From: Promethearchaeota archaeon
Lineage (GTDB): Archaea; Asgardarchaeota; Lokiarchaeia; Sigyniarchaeales; Promethearchaeaceae
Length of the DNA stretch: 32,000 nucleotides
Direction: 5' to 3'
Assembly: GCA_016933055.1 (NCBI GenBank)
Contig: JAFGBS010000004.1
Coordinates: 30,001-62,000, forward strand
Every line of letters starts with the position of its first letter. Within the stretch, counting starts at the first letter, position 1. This document shows, piece after piece, positions 8,052-17,461 of the stretch. Under the pieces are notes generated by a model. The model saw only the letters and a program-made list of their open reading frames with translations. It had not been told where the DNA came from and ran no database searches. A program made the position numbers and the translations under genes.

Positions 8052-11000
8052 CTATTTAAGCCTCCACACATCTTTACCTTGTTTTTTACCAAATAAGATG
8101 CGTTCTTTCATTGCAAGTGCTTTAAGTTTAATTTTAAGTAAGCGTGCATCATAAAAGGTGGTAATACTCAATTCTTTTACAATGTCGCTGGTAGGATGCC
8201 AATTATTATCGGATAAAGCATCTAAAATGCGTTCATCAGTTACTTCGGGTGAACTTGCAGATCTCTTTTCTCCTTTGGATTCCGCTTTGGGCGGAATTGC
8301 TTCTAATTTGGAACCTAATGTTGTTTTAGCTTCTACTGGTGGGGGGGGCGTCGTTGATGATGAGCTTACTTTCGTAGGTGAGGGAGTTACTGATACTATT
8401 TTCGAATCATCTGGTGGTTGATCTGAAGATTCGGATTGAGAATGAGAAATGATTTTTGAAAGTACGGGAGAGGGGATTACTGCTTTTTTGGCCTCCCGAA
8501 TTTCTTCATCTGTTGCTGTAGGATCTGTTTCTATTGCCAAAACCTCATTAATTTTTTGTTCTAGAGTGGATTTCTTCAAATCACGATATTTGGGATCGGT
8601 TTTCGCAATGGTGTAAATGGAATTAACAAATAGGGGGATATTTTTTTCAATGATTCGAGATCTTTTAGATCTTTTTTCGCGCACTTCTTTTTTATTCATA
8701 TATTTACGCAGTTTTCGACCAATTGCCTCAAGACAGTATTTCACTTCTTTTATTAATACTTCATCTTCTGCTAATGCGTTCTTACTCTGGGATTTAAACA
8801 TCAAGTGAGTATAGGGTCCTGAGCAGTTAACGTAAATGACATAATTCCCTTTCGGTACCCCATTATCAAAAGTATCAGTTACCTTGTAACTTTTCCAATT
8901 AACGCTTTGAACACCTTGCCATAACGCACAATCTGCATTGTCCCTCATTTTTGGGGTTCGATTGACATATCGAGTGATAACTTGTGAGGCTTTCTTAGCT
9001 AAGGAAATTTTATTGGGACTATAAGCCATGACGCCCTCAACAACAAATGCCAGACCTTTACCGCTTGTTGGTTTACGTGTGTTAGCCGCAATAAAATCAT
9101 CCCCAATAGTGTGCACAAGATCTAATTCAGATATAGTATCTGCATAAATCTCGGGATTTATGGTAGGGTTGTAGGTTAACAAAGACTCAATTCCATTATC
9201 TGATACTAAGTTTGGCATATTGAATTTCGATAAATTCTTGTTTATGGATTTGATCCGTTCATACTCACCTATTTGGTGTATTTCGTCCTCTGAATTACCA
9301 AAATAATCGACACGATTCGATACCGTAAGATTGTATTGCTTAATAACGGCAGTTTCGAGGGCAGACTCCCCTACCGGAATTGCAGTGTCAGTGGGGGGAG
9401 CCAAATAGGATTGATTTTTAAATGCCATATAAAGATGCTCAATCTGAATTTGGCTTAATTCTGAAGGTTTAGTTTTAGAAATAAGCAAGTAGCCGATAAT
9501 TTCTTCGATTTTCTGTAATGTTTGTGGATGTTTGATTTCGTTATCTAATGATGCAGTTTGTAATATTTCATTAAGATTTTGTTTAATTTTTCGAATTGAC
9601 TTTTCTATGCTCTCTAGTTCTTTATTTACCTTATTAAGTTCCTTTTCCAATTGTTTAAGTTCTTTCTTCTTTTTTTCTGGATCATTCAATGATTTTTCGA
9701 TAGATTTTTGGTTTTTTAACAATGAATGTCGATTTTTCATAAGCGTGTTAAAATCCTGAATCGGTTCCCATAGTGCTTCTTTTAAATCATTTTCAATTAG
9801 ATAAGCGATATATTTCATACGTGGGTTTTTCGAACGACCATAAATACGGGATTCTTCTCGAGTATATGTCATCACATCCGTAGGTTTGGAGATGACAGAA
9901 AGAAATCCAATTCCCAAATTAAAAAAACGTAATTTACATTCAATTTCTAATTCGGAGGTTTTTAAGATGGATTTTGCAAGCCTGCTACTAATTCGAACGA
10001 AATTTTCGGTAAGAAATGCTTGTACGGTAAGGTTATCAGAGCCTCGTAATAGATCTTGAAAATCCCCAATCTTAATGGATGAGGGATGCGGAAGTGCATA
10101 TTTGGGTTCTTTTGGAAAATAAATGACTCTCCGAGGATAAAAATGCTCCTCTCCATAAGGATCAATATATATAAAGCTAATATGAGAGTTCATCAATGCT
10201 GTTTTCTCAATATAGGCGTCTACGTACCCCCGATTGTATTTTTTATTAAGGTAATGCAATTTCACATAGGTGCCGTGAAGAAAGGGAGTTTCTATCTCAA
10301 TAGGATCCACTACATATACCTTAGTATTTTTCTCAGTCGTGAAAAATTCGGAACATACTCCATATAATTGCGTAGAATGTTTGGAAATGGCAGTAATGGG
10401 TTTACCTGTGGTGTTTTGCGCATCACTGAATGCACTGGGGGAACCAAATCCTTGACTCCCCCGCGTTTGACGCAATTTCTGACTTTTGCTGGACGCTAAG
10501 TATTTCCCGAACTTCATTAAATCTTGAGGTTGCATCCCTGTGCCGTTATCAAATACTTCTATTGTATAAAGATACGAATCTGAGCGTTCTCCTTTTTCTC
10601 TATATACATCTGGAGGTTCTTCTTCTGAAAGTTTCAAGATGACTAAGGGTTCGTTATCCACAATATCAGTAACAGGTGCAACAAACTGGTCTAAATTGTC
10701 CACAATGTTTTGAAGTTCTACTTCAAGATCCTTTTCTTTTTTCTGAAGTTTTTGCAACTCTTTTACTTCTTCATCATCCATCGCTTCTTGTTCAGACAAT
10801 TCTTGTTTTATCGCTTCTAGGTCCACAGTTTGTTCGAGATTACCGATTTCATCTATTTGCGGAACGGATGTTTTTGATTCTTCCTCAGTATCAGTACTTT
10901 CATTGGATGTGGTAGTATTGTGGGTGGATTCCACGAATTTGCGTAGATTTTTTTTTAAGGAATCACTGATCTTTCGTTTGAAAGTAGATTTAGGAACCCC

Positions 11001-11666
11001 ATTTGATAAGTAGTTCAAATTTTCTAGAGATAATTCCTTATCAAGTGTAAAAATAAATTGCGGGTTTTTATCCATCCCATCAATTTTTTCAATGATATTG
11101 GTATATTCGGTTTTTATTTTTCCAAATTCTTCCAGAAAAGCTTTATATTTTTCCTGAAAGTTGGTGCTTGTAACTGATCCTTTCAATTGACTTTTTTCTG
11201 GGGATTCAACAGTTCGGATTGCAATTCCAATCAAATTTTGAATCTCTTCATTTACTTGCTGAATTCTTTCTAAGATTTTTGGGACAGTTTTGTAAAGTGT
11301 CTTCAATGCGTCTACAGGTTGATCTTCACTATGTTCTACTTGTGCGATTAATGCTTCTGCTTCATTATCAAATCTCTCAAAATCTGTTATGGCACTTGCG
11401 GTATTATTCTTTAAAGTCTCCAAATTAGTTTCCGCGTCCCATTGAAATTTCTCAATCGCATCTAAGGCGTTATCTATGAATTCTACTGCATATTGAGTAT
11501 GTTTGAAATTTCCGTAATCAAATCCTACAAGCTGCGTTCGTTTTCTCATAAATTTCGCGATAGACGCTTCTTTAATATCTCCAGATTTGTCTTCGGTTGA
11601 GATCTTCTTAGGCTTTCTCGGTTTAGCATTGTTAATGCTTTCAGTTGATTTTTTGGAACTTGCCAT
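8052..11666 (-). CDS. top6B: DNA topoisomerase VI subunit B, unusually long (1204 aa) with several insertions
   Basis: GHKL motifs EFIDNALDA, DNGTG, SSK and RGSQGFG; PHP; H2TH region; PPTD...PVGE; RYVNRTP; transducer K..SK. Directly upstream of top6A. Confidence 0.92.
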   Translation of the reverse strand: MASSKKSTESINNAKPRKPKKISTEDKSGDIKEASIAKFMRKRTQLVGFDYGNFKHTQYAVEFIDNALDAIEKFQWDAETNLETLKNNTASAITDFERFDNEAEALIAQVEHSEDQPVDALKTLYKTVPKILERIQQVNEEIQNLIGIAIRTVESPEKSQLKGSVTSTNFQEKYKAFLEEFGKIKTEYTNIIEKIDGMDKNPQFIFTLDKELSLENLNYLSNGVPKSTFKRKISDSLKKNLRKFVESTHNTTTSNESTDTEEESKTSVPQIDEIGNLEQTVDLEAIKQELSEQEAMDDEEVKELQKLQKKEKDLEVELQNIVDNLDQFVAPVTDIVDNEPLVILKLSEEEPPDVYREKGERSDSYLYTIEVFDNGTGMQPQDLMKFGKYLASSKSQKLRQTRGSQGFGSPSAFSDAQNTTGKPITAISKHSTQLYGVCSEFFTTEKNTKVYVVDPIEIETPFLHGTYVKLHYLNKKYNRGYVDAYIEKTALMNSHISFIYIDPYGEEHFYPRRVIYFPKEPKYALPHPSSIKIGDFQDLLRGSDNLTVQAFLTENFVRISSRLAKSILKTSELEIECKLRFFNLGIGFLSVISKPTDVMTYTREESRIYGRSKNPRMKYIAYLIENDLKEALWEPIQDFNTLMKNRHSLLKNQKSIEKSLNDPEKKKKELKQLEKELNKVNKELESIEKSIRKIKQNLNEILQTASLDNEIKHPQTLQKIEEIIGYLLISKTKPSELSQIQIEHLYMAFKNQSYLAPPTDTAIPVGESALETAVIKQYNLTVSNRVDYFGNSEDEIHQIGEYERIKSINKNLSKFNMPNLVSDNGIESLLTYNPTINPEIYADTISELDLVHTIGDDFIAANTRKPTSGKGLAFVVEGVMAYSPNKISLAKKASQVITRYVNRTPKMRDNADCALWQGVQSVNWKSYKVTDTFDNGVPKGNYVIYVNCSGPYTHLMFKSQSKNALAEDEVLIKEVKYCLEAIGRKLRKYMNKKEVREKRSKRSRIIEKNIPLFVNSIYTIAKTDPKYRDLKKSTLEQKINEVLAIETDPTATDEEIREAKKAVIPSPVLSKIISHSQSESSDQPPDDSKIVSVTPSPTKVSSSSTTPPPPVEAKTTLGSKLEAIPPKAESKGEKRSASSPEVTDERILDALSDNNWHPTSDIVKELSITTFYDARLLKIKLKALAMKERILFGKKQGKDVWRLK

Positions 11667-11894
11667 ATTTATTACGCCAGATTTTCATATCTATAATTTT
11701 TAGGTACAATTTTGGAGGTCGCTAATTCTCCTTTAGAAATAAACATTCGTTTGATTGGTTAATCTTTATCGATTTCAATTAAACTACCAATCATGATTTC
11801 TATATAAATTTTTAGGGAGAAGAAAAACACAAACATTTTGTACCTTTTAGTAGGGGGGAATGAACGGGATATATTATCCCAAATATTGGAATAG

Positions 11895-13157
11895 TTATAT
11901 GTTTTTCAATAGTTTTTCAATGCTCTTAATAATTTCGATACTACACAGTTTTTTCGAGGTTAAAGGAACATGTAAAATATTCTTTTCTTTATCAATGATA
12001 TAAATTTCATTAGTAGAAAACTCAAATCCTCTTTTGGCTTTTCCTACATCATTTGCAACCATGAGGTCTGCTTCTGAATCGATCAAACGGGAATACGCCC
12101 GTTCGATTAATTCTTTCTTGGAAATATTTGATTCTGCTTTAAAAGCTACAATTTTTAGATTTTTATCTATCTCCCTGGCAATTTTAAGGAGTTTTGGGGT
12201 AGGAGTAAGAGTTATCGTCCAGGTGCCTTTATCAGACTGGATTTTTTCCGTAGCTTTTTTGAGGGGTTTAAAATCACAAATTGCGGCAGTTGAGACAAAT
12301 ACATCATAGGATTTCTTTTTTAGTTCTGTTGTGACCGCTTGAACATAATCATCTGAGGTTTCAACCGATAAAGTAACTACTCCAGCAGGAGGGAGCAAAG
12401 ATGTTTTCCCTAAAATTAAAGTTACATTTCCTCCGTGCAAATATATTTCTCTTGCTAATTCAATACCCATTCGTCCTGTAGAGGGATTGCTTAAGTAACG
12501 TATGGGATCTAGATATTCTCTACACGGTCCTGCGGTAAGAAGAAAAGAAAAACCTTTAAACTTACTTTCGTGAGATAGAATCGAAATAATTTCATTCACT
12601 ATTTCCTCTGTTAAGGCAATTTTCGCCTTACTTTCTTCCAAACGTGGTTGGATGACCACTACGCCTAATTGTTTTAACTTTACAATGTTCTCTTGCACTA
12701 TAGGATGATTATACATGCTTTCATGCATAGCAGGAACAATAACAATGGGCGTTTGACTTCCAAAAGCAGTTGTAACCACTGTGGTAACGGTAGTGTCATC
12801 AATACCACAGGCAATTTTTGATATTGTGTTCGCGGTGGCCGGAGATACTAAAATAAGGTCGGCTTTACCTAATTTGCCGGGGCGTTCTCCCGCTAACATG
12901 ATGTGCTCCAATTTTCCAGTCAATTTCGTTATAACCTTATTTCCCGTGGCCCAATGCAACAAATTGGGATGGATCAAGTCAATTGCTGATTGGGTCATTA
13001 CACAATACACATCAGCCCCTTTTCTCATTAATTGTCTACATACACTTGGTGCATTAGAAATGGCAACACTACCAGTTAAGCAGACGCAAATTGTTTTTCC
13101 TTCCAATTCTCGCGATTCAGATCCAATTATATCCTTAGAGGGGTGATTAGGATGCAT
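11895..13157 (-). CDS. coaBC: Bifunctional phosphopantothenoylcysteine decarboxylase/synthetase
   Basis: TGSVA, PATANTISKIACGIDD, PAMHESMY, TAGP.RE.LDPIRYLSN.STG.MG, AAICDF, FKAE and ANDV. Confidence 0.95.
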   Translation of the reverse strand: MHPNHPSKDIIGSESRELEGKTICVCLTGSVAISNAPSVCRQLMRKGADVYCVMTQSAIDLIHPNLLHWATGNKVITKLTGKLEHIMLAGERPGKLGKADLILVSPATANTISKIACGIDDTTVTTVVTTAFGSQTPIVIVPAMHESMYNHPIVQENIVKLKQLGVVVIQPRLEESKAKIALTEEIVNEIISILSHESKFKGFSFLLTAGPCREYLDPIRYLSNPSTGRMGIELAREIYLHGGNVTLILGKTSLLPPAGVVTLSVETSDDYVQAVTTELKKKSYDVFVSTAAICDFKPLKKATEKIQSDKGTWTITLTPTPKLLKIAREIDKNLKIVAFKAESNISKKELIERAYSRLIDSEADLMVANDVGKAKRGFEFSTNEIYIIDKEKNILHVPLTSKKLCSIEIIKSIEKLLKNI

Positions 13158-13217
13158 TAGAGTATCATTTTATTCATGGAGTGTAAACACTTAAGTTTTT
13201 AGAAAAGACAGAGGGAT

Positions 13218-15038
13218 CTATTCTTCTCCTTTTTTTGGAACATAGTAATATTCATTAATGGACTTTTGATATTTATCCAACTTCGATCCTTTTTTGTTTA
13301 CTCGAGGTCTACCAGTGGAAGGATCCCGTCGAAAAGTAATATCCATATTTTTAAGAAATTGATTCATTCCTGAGCGTAAATCTTGGGGAGGTGTAGTCAA
13401 ACCCTTGATTCCGGGACTTCCTTCAAATACTAATAAGGAATCTGAAATAAAATCTTGAGAGATAATATCATGCTCCACTACAAAAGCACTTTTCTTGATT
13501 TCTTCAATAGATCTACGGATTACCATGGATGCTCTTAGTCGCATCTCCACATCCAAAAAGGCCGAGGGTTCATCAATTAAGTATATATCAGCGGGGGTAG
13601 TCAAACAGTCAGCAATTTTTACTCGCTGTAACTCTCCTCCACTTAATTCATTTAGATACTGATCAGCTAATCGACTAAGATCAAAATTATCTAAAATTCT
13701 CCGTTTATAGGTGGCAGCAAACTCTCCTGAAGCTTTTATCTTTCTTAGGATGGTTTCAACTTTAATATCCTTCTCACCCATGAAATATTGAGGTTTTAAT
13801 GCTACTTTCAGTTGTTTAATATCCACTTTTCCATAATCCGGGGCGATTTCGTTGGCAATGAGATTAATGAAGGTGGTTTTACCAATCCCGTTGGGACCCA
13901 AAATTCCGATTACTTCCCCCGCATGTATTTCTCCTCCATAAACAGTTAATTTAAACTGTCCTAGAGTTTTAACCATATCCGGATATTCAAACAATACATT
14001 TCCCGATGAAAATATGGTTTCACTGGGTGGTCTGGTATGAAATTCGATAGCTTCTTCCCGAAATCGCATATTTTCATCCCGTATATACCCTCCAAGATAA
14101 GTATTAATACCTACTCGGACCCCATGTGGATGTGAGATAATCCCATAAGCACCAGAGGAACCGTATAATAATGACACATAATCACTTAAATAATCCAGAA
14201 TAGCTAGGTCATGCTCTACTACTACAACAGTCTTATCTTGGTGGGATAATTCTCGTATAGTTTCGGCCATCTTAATACGTTCCTTTACATCTAAATAGGA
14301 AGAAGGTTCATCAAAAAGATAGCAAAAACCTTCCCGCAATACTGCAGCTGCGATTGCGAATCTTTGAAGTTCACCTCCACTAAGGACAGATACATCCCGA
14401 TCAAGGATCTTTGTTAATGATAAGGCGGATGTGACCCAGTTAAAAGCTCCTCGTTCATCAATTTTCTTTAGAATTTCACCCACTTTACCCGATACCTTCT
14501 CAGGTATCTCGGTGATGTTTTGTGGTTTATAAATTACTTTTTGTTTTTGTCCTTTGATATTTTCTAAAAATCCTTGCAATTCGGAACCGCGAAAATAAGT
14601 GATAATGTCATCCCATGTAGGTAGCTCATCACCACTTTCTTCAAACTTTCCTAGATTCATTTTAATTTCTCCAGCGAGAATTTTTAAGGCGGTAGATTTA
14701 CCAATTCCGTTTTGTCCAATTACTCCCAAGACTTTTCCCTTTTTCGGAGTTAACATCCTAAACAAGCTAAATCCGTCTGGAGCATATCGATGAGTACGAT
14801 CTTCTTTTAATTCATCAGGAACATTTACAATAGTAAAACAATGGAAAGGACATTTTTTTACACACATCCCTGCTCCTGCACACAAGTTTTCGTGAAGATG
14901 GGGGTACCCATCTTCTTCCAAAGTGATAGTTTCAATTCCCGTTCTACACTGAGGGCAGTGCTTTATGCACGGTTTTAAAGGTCCAGTTGCACATTTCTTA
15001 GGTTTACAGATATCTCGATTTAATACTGCAATTCTCAA
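13218..15038 (-). CDS. rli1: ABCE1/Rli1 ribosome-recycling ATPase
   Basis: N-terminal Cys-rich Fe-S domain plus two ABC domains (GQNGIGKST and GPNGIGKTT, LSGGELQR twice, DEPS, VEHD); C-terminal FRRDP.TGRPRVNK. Confidence 0.96.
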   Translation of the reverse strand: MRIAVLNRDICKPKKCATGPLKPCIKHCPQCRTGIETITLEEDGYPHLHENLCAGAGMCVKKCPFHCFTIVNVPDELKEDRTHRYAPDGFSLFRMLTPKKGKVLGVIGQNGIGKSTALKILAGEIKMNLGKFEESGDELPTWDDIITYFRGSELQGFLENIKGQKQKVIYKPQNITEIPEKVSGKVGEILKKIDERGAFNWVTSALSLTKILDRDVSVLSGGELQRFAIAAAVLREGFCYLFDEPSSYLDVKERIKMAETIRELSHQDKTVVVVEHDLAILDYLSDYVSLLYGSSGAYGIISHPHGVRVGINTYLGGYIRDENMRFREEAIEFHTRPPSETIFSSGNVLFEYPDMVKTLGQFKLTVYGGEIHAGEVIGILGPNGIGKTTFINLIANEIAPDYGKVDIKQLKVALKPQYFMGEKDIKVETILRKIKASGEFAATYKRRILDNFDLSRLADQYLNELSGGELQRVKIADCLTTPADIYLIDEPSAFLDVEMRLRASMVIRRSIEEIKKSAFVVEHDIISQDFISDSLLVFEGSPGIKGLTTPPQDLRSGMNQFLKNMDITFRRDPSTGRPRVNKKGSKLDKYQKSINEYYYVPKKGEE

Positions 15039-15111
15039 GGGGGTTCACAATGAATAACATGGTAAATTGTAAAAATTTTTCTGTTATCTGCCTTTAGAGA
15101 GTACGATCTTA

Positions 15112-17079
15112 ATGAGTGAGGAATATGCAATTCATTGGTTAGAAGATGTCGTCCACGAGATTATTGCTCGAAATCAACATCCTATTGTTCTTTCTGCAGG
15201 AAAGACCACTTCTGGTCATGTCCACTTGGGATTTATGCGAGAGGTAATTATTGGCGATGCTGTTCGCAGAATACTAAGAAAGATGCGAAAAGAAGTTATT
15301 TTTCGGATATTTTTGGATACATATGATGCAGCGAAACGTTTTCCTCCTTATATTGATACAAGTTATGCGAAAAAATATCTAGGACATCCTTTTGCATTAA
15401 TTCCTTCACCATTTGAGGATATTAAGGCAGATTCTTATGCAGAATATTTTGGGAAAGAACTAGTTAATTCGTTTCCCAATTTTGGGATTGTTATTCAAGT
15501 TATTTGGACCCACGCATTATATCACCAACCAGAAATGCAAGAACAGATTCGTATAGGCCTAAAGAAGGCAGATGAAGTAAAAGAAATTATTTTGTCCCAC
15601 TTAACACATGCATTATCCGAGGATGTAAAAGAACAAAGATATGATAGCTATAAAAATTGGATGCCCGCAATGGTAGTATGTGAATCATGTGGGAAAACCC
15701 AAATTAAAAATAAGAATGGAGAAATTACTCCCAATCGTGTCGTTCATTATAACGAAGAAAAAGATACAGTTACCTACCAGTGTCCCGCTTGTGAACATTC
15801 TGGAGAGGTCGCAATCTCCAGTGGTTTAGTTAAACTCAACTGGCGTTTAGACTGGCCAGCAAAATGGGCTTTAGTACCGAAAAATGTGTTTGAATGTTCG
15901 GGAAAAGATCATTTTACAAAAATTACGGGATCGTGGGACGTAGCAATCGATTTATGCAACCAAATTTATAATTACCGAGGTCCCGTTGGTTTAGGTTTTG
16001 AATGGATGAGATTAGGTGACAGTGATATGGGAACGAGTAGGGGGGTTGTATTTATGCCAAAAACCTATTATTCTATGGCAGAACCAGAACTTTTACGAAT
16101 GTTAGTATTGACAACAAATCCCTCTAGGCATATATCGTTTAGGATTGAAGAACTCTCTTTATTATATGATGAATTTGAACGAATTGAACGTATTTATTAT
16201 GGATTAGAAGAACCCTTTGATATTAAAAAAAAAATTGAAGATCAAAAATTCAAAGTAACAAAGGAAATTGTCGAATTATGGGAAGAAGAAATTAAGAAAG
16301 AAATAAGTGTACAATTAAAACAAGAATCCAATGTAGAGGAAAGGAAGAAACTCGCACAAAAACAGAATTCTCTCATTAAAAAAACCCTAGATCAAAGAAA
16401 GCAATCGGAATTACATAGTGCTACAGAGGAACGATTAAAGTCTATTGAAAAAACTGAAACTGAAGAATACAATAGACAAAAAAAAGAAATCGCGTTTCTT
16501 TATCCTTTAATCCGTGCTAAGCGGGTTCAAAAACGCTGTCCTCCACAGATTCCTCATAAATTTCTTGTGAATATGGTACAATTAAGGAAATTTCTGAGTT
16601 TTGAAGAGATTATGAAAAAAGCCCAGAAAACTCAAGTGCAGAAACAAATTCATGTATCGATCTCGAAAAACCTACTACGTAGACGATTACGGCAAACTTC
16701 TAACTGGTTGAATTATATTAAATCTATGATTGAAGAGGAAGAGGACCCAAACGAAAAAAAGCGATTAGAAAGTAAAGTAGATCTTTTCGAAATTCCAAAA
16801 TCCGTCCCCCAATGGGTTGTTCAAGAATTAAGTGACATACAAAAGACGAGTTTAGGATTATTTTCTGATTGGTTGCACTCAATACAGGAGATTACAGAGG
16901 AGAATCTTAAAAATACTATGATAGGAATTCGTGATAAAACAGGAATCAATGCAAAAAGTTTGTTTGAAGCGATCTATTTGGTATTAATTGGAAGACAAGT
17001 AGGACCCCGATTAGGCCCTTTTATAATATTAATGGATTTGCAGTGGGTTCAAGATCGGTTTAAAAGGTTTCAGAACTAG
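15112..17079 (+). CDS. lysS: Class I lysyl-tRNA synthetase with a coiled-coil insertion
   Basis: HW.E, SGHVHLG..RE (HIGH-like), Zn motifs CESCG and CPAC, KL.WRLDWPA.W, GKDH, FE.IYL.LIG...GPRLG. Confidence 0.93.
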   Translation: MSEEYAIHWLEDVVHEIIARNQHPIVLSAGKTTSGHVHLGFMREVIIGDAVRRILRKMRKEVIFRIFLDTYDAAKRFPPYIDTSYAKKYLGHPFALIPSPFEDIKADSYAEYFGKELVNSFPNFGIVIQVIWTHALYHQPEMQEQIRIGLKKADEVKEIILSHLTHALSEDVKEQRYDSYKNWMPAMVVCESCGKTQIKNKNGEITPNRVVHYNEEKDTVTYQCPACEHSGEVAISSGLVKLNWRLDWPAKWALVPKNVFECSGKDHFTKITGSWDVAIDLCNQIYNYRGPVGLGFEWMRLGDSDMGTSRGVVFMPKTYYSMAEPELLRMLVLTTNPSRHISFRIEELSLLYDEFERIERIYYGLEEPFDIKKKIEDQKFKVTKEIVELWEEEIKKEISVQLKQESNVEERKKLAQKQNSLIKKTLDQRKQSELHSATEERLKSIEKTETEEYNRQKKEIAFLYPLIRAKRVQKRCPPQIPHKFLVNMVQLRKFLSFEEIMKKAQKTQVQKQIHVSISKNLLRRRLRQTSNWLNYIKSMIEEEEDPNEKKRLESKVDLFEIPKSVPQWVVQELSDIQKTSLGLFSDWLHSIQEITEENLKNTMIGIRDKTGINAKSLFEAIYLVLIGRQVGPRLGPFIILMDLQWVQDRFKRFQN

Positions 17080-17086
17080 TTCCGAA

Positions 17087-17332
17087 TTATTGTAACACGA
17101 GTGTTAAAATTAAGATTGTCGCCATCGCTACGACTGCAACTCCAATCATAATAAACGTGCGAATTTTTCCTTTTTTATCCCGTTTTTTTACGACATCTTG
17201 ACATTCTTCGGAACAATATTCCTCACCTGGATCAACCATACGATTGCAGACGGGACAATGTTTATGGGGATATACAGTAGAGGATGTCTCAGTATCTTTC
17301 AATTTATCAAATTTGTAGGATTTTTTACTCAT
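17087..17332 (-). CDS. Small Zn-ribbon protein with a C-terminal TM helix (DUF2116-like); ATG 17332 preferred over the ORF track start 17482
   Basis: PHKHCPVC...EEYCSEEC, then a basic stretch and a hydrophobic C-terminus; GTGA SD-like sequence before ATG 17332. Confidence 0.75.
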   Translation of the reverse strand: MSKKSYKFDKLKDTETSSTVYPHKHCPVCNRMVDPGEEYCSEECQDVVKKRDKKGKIRTFIMIGVAVVAMATILILTLVLQ

Positions 17333-17461
17333 ACTTATCACAAAGCGTATTTGTATCAACTTGGTATGAAAATTAAACTTTCGTGATTTAATGAAGGCGG
17401 AAAAAAAAATTAAAAAATTAGGATCGGTTAGGATCATACTAAAAACCAAAGTGTGATCGAA

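Noticed and set aside
9099-11450. Top6B insertions as inteins
   Set aside because: No Cys/Ser N-terminal block, no His-Asn C-terminal motif and no LAGLIDADG motif; the composition is coiled-coil or acidic.
12600-12760. CoaBC lacks the bacterial substrate-clamp Cys motif (reads PRLEESKAK)
   Set aside because: This pattern is, to my knowledge, usual for archaeal CoaBC and not novel.
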